This document shows positions 54,530-64,000 of a DNA stretch of 64,000 bases, one piece after another. The notes beneath the pieces are model-generated. The model was not told where the DNA came from, did not search any database, and saw only the letters and a list, made by a program, of their open reading frames with translations. Origin of the DNA: an uncultured Gemmatimonadaceae bacterium. Lineage in GTDB: Bacteria > Gemmatimonadota > Gemmatimonadetes > Gemmatimonadales > Gemmatimonadaceae. The stretch spans positions 224,001 to 288,000 of the forward strand of contig CAWHHI010000005.1 of NCBI GenBank assembly GCA_963829055.1, given 5' to 3'. The first letter of the stretch is position 1, and every line of letters begins with the position of its first letter. Made by a program: the position numbers and the translations under genes.

Positions 54530-55916
54530 CGAACCGTGAGCGGCAACTTGACGATCCCCGCCGCCTTCCGACCGACCGCGATCACGTCGCCGTCGTGGAG
54601 CGGCTGCGGCGCAGCGAGCACGTCGCCGTTCAACAGCGTTTCGTTCGCCGTGCCGGGCGCGGGGGCAACTTGCCAGCGTCTGTCGGGTCGGCGCTCGAGC
54701 ACGCACTGTCGCACGTCCCAGAACTGGGCGTCGCTCCCGAACTGCTGAGCGAGGTGCTTCCCGACCTCCGTCCGCACGCCGATCTCGAGCGCGCGGCCGC
54801 CGTTCCCCACGAGCTGAACGCGATCCGCGATGAGCGGCGCACCTCGCCTGACTCCGGGCTGCCGGCGCTGCCGGTCAGCCGGTTTCGCGGCCGGAGCAGG
54901 TTTGGGCGCCGCGGTCGCCGATGCGCTCGCGGCAGCGCTCGCGCTAGTGCGCGCGGCGCCTGTTGTCGCGGCGGCAGTGCTGCGCACCTCCGAGCGAGGC
55001 CCGCGGCCACTCAGCACCGCCCGCAGCTCGGCCGCCGTCGGGCGGTCTGCCGCGTTAGGCGCGAGGCAGCGGTGCAGCGCGGCGCTCACCTCGGCGTTGG
55101 TCGCGGGCGCCGGCATCGTCCCGGCGAGCACGGGCGGCTTGGCGGAGTACGCGCGCACGAGACTCGCGTACTCCGCCTGGTCCTCGCGCCAGTACGGATG
55201 CGTCCCGGCGAGCAGCTCGTACAGGATCAGCCCGCACGTGAAGACGTCGGACGCCAGGCCCGGCATCGCGCCGCGCGTGAGGTGTTCTGGCGACCGGTAG
55301 TTGTCCGAACCCACGTACCCCTGGTAGCCGTGCCACGGCGCGCGGTGGTCGGCCAGCACCGAGAAGTCCATGTCGATCAGCTTGAGCTGGTAGCCCGAGC
55401 CGATGGACGGATCACGGATCAGGTAGACGTTAGGCGGCTTGAGGTCGGCGTGGACGATCTTCGACTCGTGCAGCGCCGCGATGCCCGCCATGAACACCTT
55501 GGCCCACGTCACGTGCCGCGCCCACACGGCCGGGTCGCGCAACGGCGACGCGCCCGTGCGCTGGTGCACCTCGCGCTCCGCATCGAGCATCTGCTGCAGG
55601 TCGCTGCCGTGCTCCACGAACTCGTAGGCCTGGAAGTAGCACGGCCCGCCCCACACCTCCTCGAACGCGTCGACCAGTCGGACGGCGTAGTGTGCCGCCT
55701 TGCCGTTCGCGCACCCGGCGCGGCGAGCTCCTGCTGGTAGTCGACGAACGATGGATACCAGATGACCGCCGGCGACGGCGACTTGTACTGCTTGAGGAAG
55801 ATCTTCGTCCCGCCCGGGGCCTCGGCGGCGTACGAGATCGCCATCGCCCCCGGCCCGAAGACCTTCGTGACGCGATACCCGCGGATCGCGTCGCCGACCT
55901 TGAGCTTCTTCGCCAC
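54520..55916 (-). CDS. Ser/Thr protein kinase with a C-terminal FHA-like domain, apparent frameshift near 55715
   Basis: FGPGAMAISY, FLKQY, VHADLKPPN, LIDMD (DFG position), SPEH, SDVFTCG, RCL...A.DRP; tail NETLLNG...L.DGDVI.VG; RBS GGGAGG. Confidence 0.85.
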
Positions 55917-55931
55917 GCCCGACCTCCCCCG

Positions 55932-56847
55932 TCAGAGCGCGACCGTCTCGGCTGACTTCGACACGCTCGCGGCGAGCTGCTTGAGCGTCGTGCGGAAGTG
56001 TTCCGGATCGGCGGTGAACTTCTGCAGCGCCTCCTGCGGCGAGAGCCCCTCGTACTCGACGACTTCCCACTCCGACTTGTCGATCTGGCTCAGTCGGTCG
56101 TAGCCCTCGAAGTTCGGCGCGAAGAGGCTGAGGATGATGCGGTTCGCCATGACGACGTTCGCCACGTCCTGCAGGCTGCCGCCCTTCGCTTCCGGGATGG
56201 ACATCGTCTCCTTGAAGGAGGCGTCGGTGAAGACGACCACGACGCGCGCCGCGTCGCTGCGGTAGCGCCACTTGTTAGGCTCCTCGCCCTGCGCGCCCTT
56301 GGGAGAGGCCTCCATGGTCGCGACCTTGTAGAGGGCGTCGAGCAGGGACTCGGGCTCGTCGCCGCCTCCCGCCGCGCGCAGGCTGGCGAGCTGCGCCTTG
56401 AGCGCCACGGCGTCGCGCACGAACGGGTTGTCCTCGATCCACGGCAGACCTTCGGCCTCCGCATGCTCGATGTCGCGATACCCGACGACCTTGCCGCGCC
56501 AGTCCTTCACGGGCGCCGCGTTGTTCGCATCACCTCGGCTCAGCGAGTCGATGAACATCTCGATGTTCTTGCGCAGCGCATCGATGATGGGCGTCATGCT
56601 GCCCGATGACGTCGATCAGGAAGACGATGTCGGCGACGCCCTTGGTCTTGGCGCGCGGTGCGACAGGCGGTGCCGCCGCCACGTCCACTGGCCCGTTCGC
56701 GACGTCGGCCGACGGCGTGACCTCGATGTCAGCCGGAGGCGGCGCAGCGGGTGCGGCGCTCCCGGCGGATGCTGACCCCGACGCAGACCCGGACTCGGTC
56801 GGAGGGGATTCGGGCGAGAGGGGCTCGGTGTGCTCGGATGATTCCAT
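55932..56847 (-). CDS. von Willebrand factor A (vWA) domain protein, apparent +1 frameshift near 56605
   Basis: Low-complexity leader, then DIVFLIDV(S/T)GSM (MIDAS), GYRD, GGGDEPES, WR, VVVVFTDA. Confidence 0.85.
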
Positions 56848-56992
56848 CGCGCGCTCCGCGGTGTTCTGGGTGGTAGGCTCCTTTCACTCTCGTGACGTGG
56901 AGAGGCCCAGACGCACGTTCGTTGCCGCCAGCTCGCGGGACTGCGGTGGTTCGAGCGTCTGGATTTGCGAGCCTGCACCGCAATCAGTGCAA

Positions 56993-57394
56993 TCAGTCCA
57001 GCAGGTCCGCCGGCACCTTGCCGCCGTTCTCCGCCAGCTTCTTCAGCACCTGCTTGTGCAGCCAGATGTTCATGGTGGCGGTGTCGCTCGTGTCGCCGGT
57101 GTACCCGAGCTCGTGTGCGAGCTCACGCCGCTGAGACAGGCTGCTGTCCATCCCGAGGAGCGTCATCAGGTCGACGATCGAGTAACGCCAGTTGACCTTG
57201 TGCGAGTACTTCGAGGCCAGTCCCTCGAGCACGGCCTCCACGTCGACGACGGGCGGCGCGGCGGCAGGGGCCACGGGCGCTGGCGCTGCTGGTTTATTCG
57301 CTGCTGCCGGCGCAGCGGCAGGTGTCGCCGTTGGCGCGGGAGCGTCGTGGCTCCGGCCCATGATCTTGGACATCAGCGTTCCGAAAATGCTCAT
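56993..57394 (-). CDS. DUF3597-family protein
   Basis: MSIFG..MSKI, Ala/Pro linker, VDV..VL, NWR.SIVDLM.LLGMDSSL..R.ELA.ELGY.GD..D.A.MNIWLHK.V..KLA.NGGKVP. Confidence 0.88.
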   Translation of the reverse strand: MSIFGTLMSKIMGRSHDAPAPTATPAAAPAAANKPAAPAPVAPAAAPPVVDVEAVLEGLASKYSHKVNWRYSIVDLMTLLGMDSSLSQRRELAHELGYTGDTSDTATMNIWLHKQVLKKLAENGGKVPADLLD

Positions 57395-57569
57395 ACTGCG
57401 CCTCGTGGTATGGAGTGCGTCGGGTTTGCCTGTGGCAACGTCGTGCGCGAACGGAGCGGACCCTGCTGAGACATCCTTGGGGGCCTAACGACGTTGCACG
57501 AAGGGGGCCATCCGACCACTCGGCCGCAACGGGCATCGAGGCGATGCAGGCACAACAGCAACTGCGCGT

Positions 57570-58841
57570 TCAGGGATAGAGCAGGTAGGGTTTCCGGCTC
57601 TCGCGGAACTCCGCGGCTTCGCGGTCCCACTCGTCCAGGAGGGCCGGCAGCGTGCCGCCTTCGATGGCGAGTCTCACCTTGTCGGAACCCGTTAGGCGGT
57701 CGATCGTCGTGGTCCACGCGAAGTCGCGCGGGTGCTGCTTCCGGATCTCGTCGATCAGGATCAGCGACGTGCGCACCGGCCGGTACGCCTCCTGGTCGGT
57801 GATCACGAAGTGGATGCCGGGGATCGTCTGGCCTTTGAACTTCGCTGCCGTCGGCGCCACCGCCATCGTGATCGCTTCGAAGCGGATGCCGGGGAGCCGC
57901 TTCTCGTTCATCGTCTTCGCGACTTCCGGCGCGTTGAGCCACGACGCCCCGATCTGCTCGAACGGGCGGTCCGTGCCTCTGCCCTCCGTGAGGGTGGTGC
58001 CTTCGAAGTAGACGGTCCCGGGATAACTCGTTAGGGCAGCCAGGGAGCGGAGATTCGGAGACGGGTTCACCCACGGCAGCCCCGTCTGATTGAGCCACTG
58101 CGAGCGCCGCCAGTTCGCCGCGCGGATCACGGTGAGGTCCGCGCCGATGCCGTACTTCTGATTGAACAGCGTGGCGAGCTCGCCCACCGTCATCCCGTGA
58201 CGCGCCGGGATCGGGTACATGCCGACGAACGACTTGAACTTCGGGTCGAGCAGCGCGCCCTCGACGATCTCTCCACCGATCGGATTCGGTCGGTCGAGCA
58301 CGACGAACGGAATCTTCTGTTTCGCGGCGGCCTGCATCGCCAGCGCCATCGTGGAGACGTAGGTCCACGTGCGTCCCCCGACCTCCTGGAGATCGTAGAT
58401 GATCGCGTCCACGTCCTTGAGCATCTCGGGCGTGGGACCGTGATCCTCCGATTTGTAGAGGGAGTAGACCGGGACGCCCGTCTTGGGATCCTTCTCATCT
58501 CCGATGGTCTCCCCGGCGGGCGCGTCGCCGCGGATGCCATGCTCCGCGGCCAGAAGGGCGACGAGCTTGAGGTCTTTGCGCTGCGCGATGAGATCGATAT
58601 CCAGCGTCTTCGACCGGTCGATCCCGCTGTTGTTCGTGATGAGGGCAACGCGCTTTCCGCGCAGCGCCGCAGGGATATCGGCGAGGAAGACCTCGATGCC
58701 GGGTCGCACGACCGCGCCTGCGTCTGGTGATGACGCGCGTGCGACCGACGCCGAGTCCGCGGCGGGGGCCGGCGTGCGCGCGCAGGAGGCGAGCAGCAAC
58801 AAGGCAGGAACAAGGGCGGCAGCAACGGGCGCTTTCATCAT
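57570..58841 (-). CDS. namZ: Exo-beta-N-acetylmuramidase NamZ (DUF1343) lipoprotein
   Basis: Lipobox LASC; V.LITN.SG, EHGIRG, PVYSLY, DLQEVG.R.WTY, LDRPNPIGG, RHGMTVGELA, PSPN, EGRGT.RPFE. Confidence 0.9.
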   Translation of the reverse strand: MMKAPVAAALVPALLLLASCARTPAPAADSASVARASSPDAGAVVRPGIEVFLADIPAALRGKRVALITNNSGIDRSKTLDIDLIAQRKDLKLVALLAAEHGIRGDAPAGETIGDEKDPKTGVPVYSLYKSEDHGPTPEMLKDVDAIIYDLQEVGGRTWTYVSTMALAMQAAAKQKIPFVVLDRPNPIGGEIVEGALLDPKFKSFVGMYPIPARHGMTVGELATLFNQKYGIGADLTVIRAANWRRSQWLNQTGLPWVNPSPNLRSLAALTSYPGTVYFEGTTLTEGRGTDRPFEQIGASWLNAPEVAKTMNEKRLPGIRFEAITMAVAPTAAKFKGQTIPGIHFVITDQEAYRPVRTSLILIDEIRKQHPRDFAWTTTIDRLTGSDKVRLAIEGGTLPALLDEWDREAAEFRESRKPYLLYP

Positions 58842-60235
58842 CTCTCTCGTGGTGATGAGGACAAGGGTGGGTACCACACAACGCTACCACCACGCATCAC
58901 GAACCGCACGCGCTCGATCGCCGCGAGATCAGCGAGCGGGTCGCCGTCGACGGCTACGAGGTCTGCATACGCCCCTGCTTTCACGACGCCGAGACGCGAG
59001 TCTCCGATGAGCCGGGCGGCATTGATCGTGGTACTCTGCAGCACGGCGGCCGGCTGAAGCCCACCCTTCGCATACGCGAACAGCATGTGCTTCGCGGCCG
59101 TGCCGCGAGGACCACCGACGTCGATGTACAGGTCCGAGCCGGCCGCGAGCGTCACGCCTGCGCGGGACGCCGCGCGGACCCGGTTGTACCCGGGGGCGAG
59201 GAGCGCTTCGATGTTGGCGTCCGATGGCCGCTCGGCCGCCGGCACGTGGGCGAGCTGGCGGTCCACAAGCCACCGGTCCCACTCGGTAGGAACGAGGATG
59301 ACGCCACGTCGTCGCATCAGCTCGAACGTGCTGTCTGCCGCACCCCGTCCATGCTCGATGGCATCGACCCCGGCCTCGACTGCACGGCGGATGGCGAGAT
59401 CGGTCGTGGCGTGCGCCGTCACGCGCACGCCCATGAGATGCGCTTCGTCAACGGCAGCACGCATCTCGGCGACGCTCAGATATGTCGCGTTAGGTGATCC
59501 GTTGGAGTAGAGCTTGATGACGTCAGCGCCGTGGATGACGTTCTCCCGTACCGCCTGTCGCGCGTCGTCGGGGCCGCGCACTACGCGGTACTCGTCGTCC
59601 ACCAGGGTGCGGTACCGCGCGTCGATCCCCTCCATCTGCCCGCCCTCTGGTGCGAGGCCCGGCCCGGAGACGTAGAGCCGAGGTCCCGGCAGGCTCCCCT
59701 CGTCGATCGCTCGTTTCAGCGCCACATCCGCGAACCGGCCGCTGTTGCCCAGGTCGCGCAGCGCGGTAAACCCGGCCTCGAGATAGCTGCGGGCGCGCGC
59801 CGCGCCGCGGAGCGCGCGGAGCACGTCGCCCTCGCGCACGAGCTCGCGCACCGCGGTCTGGCCTGACGTCTCGTTGCCGGGGTGCTCCATGAGGAGGTGG
59901 GTGTGCGCGTCGATGAACCCCGGCAGTACCGAGTACCGCGTGAGGTCGATGACGCGCGCGCCGGCGGGGACCGCCAGGTGCTCGCCGACGGCGGCAATCA
60001 GCCCGCCGCGCACCAGGATATCGCGAGCCGGGAGCAACACGCCGCGCTCGCTGTCGAAGAGACGCCCGGCGCGGATGACGACCGTGGAATCGGATGCCTG
60101 AGTGGCGGAGGCACGCGGAGCCTGCGCCGTGACCGGCGAAATCGCCGCGCACGCGAGGGCGAGTACGCCAGCGCGGCGCAATCGCCTGCAGGCCATCGCG
60201 CCGATCACGAAAACGCCTGCCAGGCTCAGTCGCAT
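58838..60235 (-). CDS. Metal-dependent amidohydrolase (Xaa-Pro dipeptidase-like), secreted
   Basis: PGFIDAHTH, GFT..RDLG, GADVIK, VTAHA, IEHG, GSD, ADLVAVDGDP; start uncertain (60235 or 60196). Confidence 0.9.
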   Translation of the reverse strand: MRLSLAGVFVIGAMACRRLRRAGVLALACAAISPVTAQAPRASATQASDSTVVIRAGRLFDSERGVLLPARDILVRGGLIAAVGEHLAVPAGARVIDLTRYSVLPGFIDAHTHLLMEHPGNETSGQTAVRELVREGDVLRALRGAARARSYLEAGFTALRDLGNSGRFADVALKRAIDEGSLPGPRLYVSGPGLAPEGGQMEGIDARYRTLVDDEYRVVRGPDDARQAVRENVIHGADVIKLYSNGSPNATYLSVAEMRAAVDEAHLMGVRVTAHATTDLAIRRAVEAGVDAIEHGRGAADSTFELMRRRGVILVPTEWDRWLVDRQLAHVPAAERPSDANIEALLAPGYNRVRAASRAGVTLAAGSDLYIDVGGPRGTAAKHMLFAYAKGGLQPAAVLQSTTINAARLIGDSRLGVVKAGAYADLVAVDGDPLADLAAIERVRFVMRGGSVVWYPPLSSSPRER

Positions 60236-60372
60236 GTTGTGAGCATCCGGTTGGTCGGACCACCCTCGCGGGCCACTACGTTGATACATATGTTCGTCCC
60301 GCGCAGCGGATATCGATCGCGGTGCGGCGATCGGTGGAGATGGTGGCGCTGCGAGCTCTGGGACCCAGGGCA

Positions 60373-61131
60373 ATGGATCCTAGCGCGCTATACCTCGAGC
60401 ATCTCGATCGGATCAACCGTATCGCGGAAGCACTCTGCACACGCCACGGAGTCCGTGGCGCTGATGCCGAGGATTTCACGTCCGAGGTCCGCCTGCGTTT
60501 GCTGCAGGACGACTACGCGGTCCTTCGAAAGTATCGCGGCGCCAGTTCGATGCCCACGTTTCTGACAGTGGTCATCGGAAACCTGTTCCGCGATTACCGC
60601 ATCAAGCGCTGGGGCAAATGGCGCCCGTCGGCCGAGGCGAAACGGCGTGGCGAGGCGGCGGTTCTCCTGGAGACGGCCGTCTATCGCGACGGCCGTTCGT
60701 TCGACGACGCGTGCCGCCTGCTTCAGGGCAACGGACGGGTCGACGTGGACGCCGGAGAGCTGCGTCGAATCATGGCCGAGCTGCCACGTCGCATCCGGGT
60801 TCGCCAGGACGATGACGCCAGCCTGGACTCCGTCGCCACCACCGAGGAGACCGATGACCTCGTGCTCGAGAACGAGCGCCGGGACCGGTTGCTCGCGGCC
60901 GAGAGTGCACTGAGGCGCGCGCTCACGCGTCTCGATCCCGAGGACCGGCTCATCATCACGATGCACTTCTTCGAAGGAATCTCCATCGCCGACATTGCCC
61001 GTGCGCTCGGGCTGCCGGCGAAGCCCTTGTATCCGCGGATCAAGCGACTGCTCGATGCACTGTCCGGCCAGCTCGTGAGTGAAGGAATAGGGCCTGACTA
61101 CCTCCAAGCCGTGAGAGGGGCACTCGTGTGA
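60373..61131 (+). CDS. ECF-type sigma factor with an inserted central segment
   Basis: LYLEHL..I.RI...DAEDF.SEV.L.L..DDY..LRK...G.WRPSA.A.R.G...L..EDR.I....F.EG.SIA.IAR.L. Confidence 0.85.
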   Translation: MDPSALYLEHLDRINRIAEALCTRHGVRGADAEDFTSEVRLRLLQDDYAVLRKYRGASSMPTFLTVVIGNLFRDYRIKRWGKWRPSAEAKRRGEAAVLLETAVYRDGRSFDDACRLLQGNGRVDVDAGELRRIMAELPRRIRVRQDDDASLDSVATTEETDDLVLENERRDRLLAAESALRRALTRLDPEDRLIITMHFFEGISIADIARALGLPAKPLYPRIKRLLDALSGQLVSEGIGPDYLQAVRGALV

Positions 61132-61240
61132 CGACGGAAATGTTCACTCGCGTCCGTCACTTACTTGTGGGTGCGTCTCACGTCTGTCTCGGGCAGTGCC
61201 CGCGTACGGCGGCGGCAGGCTGAAACACGTCAGGGAGCCA

Positions 61241-62167
61241 ATGCAATCGTCCGAAAACGATATCGATCTCGAGCTGATCGCGGCGCTCATTGACGGCCGT
61301 CTCGCAGGGGCGGAACGCCAGCGTGCGATCGAGCTGGTGAGCTCCTCCGAGGCCGCGCTCGAGATCTATACCGATGCGTTGCGCGTTCAGGCGGACCTTG
61401 CCCCGGAGAAAGTCGTCGCCCTCGTCCCTCGTCGTGAGGCCGGGACTCGCCGGTGGCTCGCAATCGCTCCGTTGGCCGCCGCGGCCGTATTGTTGATCGC
61501 GATCGTTCCGACAGTGAAGGCGCGCCGTGATCAGGCACTATTCTCTTCGACGGCGATGTCGATCGCGCAGCCAGTCATGGGGCGCGCGCAAGTGCCGGGA
61601 GCACTAGGTGCTGGCTGGGAAGAGCGGAACTGGTCGGTGACACGCGGCGCCGCCTCACGCCTGGTCGAGTCCACCGTCGCCTTCCGACTCGGCGTGCGCG
61701 TGGTCGACTTGCAGGTTGCACTGGTGAGAGCGGATACGGTTCCCGCGGTTCGCGTGACAGATGAAATCGTCGAGTCGCTGAAGATGGAGCCGCTTTCCGA
61801 GTCGGTGATGGCGGACTATTCCGCGCTTCGCACGCGGATCACGAGCACTGCGCCGCGAGAGCAGGTCGTCGCAAGTGCGTCCCGATCCGAGGAGGCGATG
61901 GATGCGTTCCTCGGCTCTCGCTGGTTCGACTTCGGGAAGTGGTTCGCCGCCGGGGAGCTCGCGGCTCGCACGCACTCTCCGGATTTCTTTGCGTCGAACA
62001 GAACGACACGATTTCTCGACTGGGCGATCGAGCGCGGAGAGCTCGCGCCGAGTGACGTCGCGTCGCTGCGCCAGATCAGGGGCCTCGCGGCGCAGGGCGT
62101 CTCTGACGGGGACTATGACACGATACAGCAGCTCTTCCTGACGCTCATTCAGCGTCACGGCGGGTAG
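61241..62167 (+). CDS. Putative anti-sigma factor (zf-HC2-like N-terminus, one TM, periplasmic domain)
   Basis: DLELIAALIDGRL...ER....V; TM RRWLAIAPLAAAAVLLIAIV; follows the ECF gene. Confidence 0.7.
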   Translation: MQSSENDIDLELIAALIDGRLAGAERQRAIELVSSSEAALEIYTDALRVQADLAPEKVVALVPRREAGTRRWLAIAPLAAAAVLLIAIVPTVKARRDQALFSSTAMSIAQPVMGRAQVPGALGAGWEERNWSVTRGAASRLVESTVAFRLGVRVVDLQVALVRADTVPAVRVTDEIVESLKMEPLSESVMADYSALRTRITSTAPREQVVASASRSEEAMDAFLGSRWFDFGKWFAAGELAARTHSPDFFASNRTTRFLDWAIERGELAPSDVASLRQIRGLAAQGVSDGDYDTIQQLFLTLIQRHGG

Positions 62168-62203
62168 GCAATTCGACTGCTGTAACCCACGCATGGAGGG
62201 TCC

Positions 62204-64000
62204 ATGCGGGTTGGAAGGTTCGATTCACGTGATCTTCGTGCTGGCCGCGCGCTGGTCGTGCTGCTCTCGACCGCCGCGATCGGTGGCATTGTCGCGTCCG
62301 CGTTCCTCGTACGGCCGACGCCGCGAGGCGGAAACGTCTGGCTGGGTCGCCTCGCCGACGCCGTCGGGGCTCATCGCGTGACGCGAGCCCGCCTCACGAG
62401 CCGATTCACGTACGCGGCCTGCGAGGCGGCGGTGCCTAACGACATGCTGATCGCCGGCCTCGTCTGCGCCGACGCCCGACCTGCCGCCTGGGTCACAGTC
62501 GGGCAAGCTGTCGACGCTCGCAACCGAGATGCGCTCGGCTGGAACAGCCGATTCGACGGACGCCGCCCGCCGGCATGCGTCCGGATCATGGCACATCGTG
62601 TGGGGCGACGCCGACGCGGCAATCCGCGAGTTGGGGGCTGTTGCTCGGATGGATTCGACCAACGCGAACGTACGGAGTGATCTGGCCGCCGCGTTTCTTC
62701 AACGGGCGCAACTCGAGCAGGACCCGCTGTCGATTCTGGACGCCTACGCCGCGATCGACGGCGCGCTCGCGCTCGATCCGCGGCTGCTCGAGGCGCGCTT
62801 CAACCGCGCGCTCGCGCTCGAGTGGCTGTATCTGCGCACTGACGCGACCCAAGCCTGGTTGGACTATCTGAAGCTGGACGCACGCTCGGCGTGGGCGGAC
62901 GAGGCGCGGGCACGATTGCAGGCGCTTCGAACACCGCTCCCGAGTTGGAGCGATGCGCAGGAGCGCCTGCGCCGCGCCGTGCGAACCGGGAATGACACGG
63001 TCGTCGACGAGCTCGTACGGCGGTTTCCTCGGCGTGCGCGCGACGATGTGTGGCGGACCATCACTGCCTGGGCTCACGTCCATCAGGATGGCGCGTCACA
63101 GCCCGACACGCTGCTGCATCGCGCCATGAGCGTCGCGCGATCGGTGGAATCGGTCACGGGGGACGCGCTGCCGGTCGACGTGGTGCGGCCAATCGAACTG
63201 GCGGCGGCGGTGGGCGACCGATCGCGTCTCGACGCGCTGGCGCGCGGTTTGATCGCCTACGAAAACGGACACGGGTTCGCCAACGCTTTCGCCCCCGACT
63301 CCGCCGCGGTCTGGTTAGGCATCGCGCGGAAAGCGTTCGCCGCGAGCGGCAGCCCGGGCGTGTACCTCGTCGCGTACGATTCCGCCATGATCCCCTACTC
63401 CCGCGCCGGGACACGTGGATACGACGAGGCACTCTCGCTGTTTCAAGCGATTCGCGAGACCACGCCCGTGAAGTATCACGTGATCCGTGGGCGTGCGGCT
63501 CGTACGGTGGGACTCATTCACGCCATACGGGCGGACTACGATTCGTCCATCACCGCTTATCAGGCGGCGGTCGTTGAAGGGCGGGGAACCGGAGAACCCG
63601 GCCTCGATCTCCGACCGCGAGGAATTCTCGCGTCCCTCTATGCGGAGATCCGCGGCGAAGACCAGGCCTGGGCAGAGTTGTATGCCGCGTTGCGATCGTT
63701 GCGGGACTACCCCGAGGAGTTGGGCGAAGCACAACGTCTGTTCGTCACCGCCGCTGACCTCAGCCGACGACGATCCCCTGCGGCGGCACTGCTGTTTCAG
63801 GCCGAAGCGGTCCGGCTTGCGCGCCTCGTCGATCGCTCCGGAACGATGGCAGTCACGGCGCTCGCGAAGCAGGCGGAGTTGTTCAGTGACAACGGGATGG
63901 CTGAGAAAGCCTTCGAGAGCGTGCATAACGCGCGTGCTGTCGCGGACAGCATCGTGAGCGACTCGACGCGAGCCCTCATGATCGCCGATGTGGACCTCGT
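62204..64000 (+). CDS. Large TPR-repeat protein, probably with a C-terminal CHAT (caspase-like) domain outside the window; apparent frameshift near 62500
   Basis: After the shift: SDLAAAFLQRA...ALALDP.L.EARFNRALALE.L.L...A..AW.DYL.LD..S.WADEAR.RL; frame stays open to the window end. Confidence 0.7.

Noticed and set aside
56993..57394. DUF3597 gene as part of the vWA-kinase operon
   Set aside because: It is co-oriented but separated by about 145 bp, and the family occurs in unrelated contexts; membership is unsupported without synteny data.

Overview
High-GC (about 68% by eye) bacterial chromosomal segment; gene content and repeat families suggest Gemmatimonadota (inference). About 55 CDS; no rRNA, tRNA, CRISPR array, integrase or transposase was seen. 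Left to right: groEL (cut by the window edge)/groES; a TolC + YbhG/F/S/R-type ABC exporter with two tandem GAF-AAA+ sigma54 activators and a TetR; PaaK, a Vgb-like propeller, DoxX/MarR, a fatty-acid desaturase, a serine hydrolase, a LytS/LytTR pair, a USP, a P1B-5 ATPase and an AI-2E transporter; a TetR-controlled OMP + MexEF-OprN-like RND pump; CopB; KdpE/KdpD-like + Kup; a CPBP/ECF/anti-sigma operon; a vWA - Ser/Thr kinase(FHA-like) - PPP phosphatase - Zn-ribbon operon; NamZ, an amidohydrolase and an ECF/anti-sigma/TPR(-CHAT?) locus cut by the right edge. Many genes carry single-base insertions that look like long-read consensus errors. Highlights: (1) a non-palindromic motif GCCTAACG/CGTTAGGC about once per kb on both strands, held in genes through rare TTA/CTA codons; (2) the vWA-kinase-PPP-Zn-ribbon operon, a candidate conflict or signalling system; (3) a readable three-promoter sigma54 regulon with a shared upstream activator site; (4) a 34-aa membrane peptide coupled to kup behind KdpDE.
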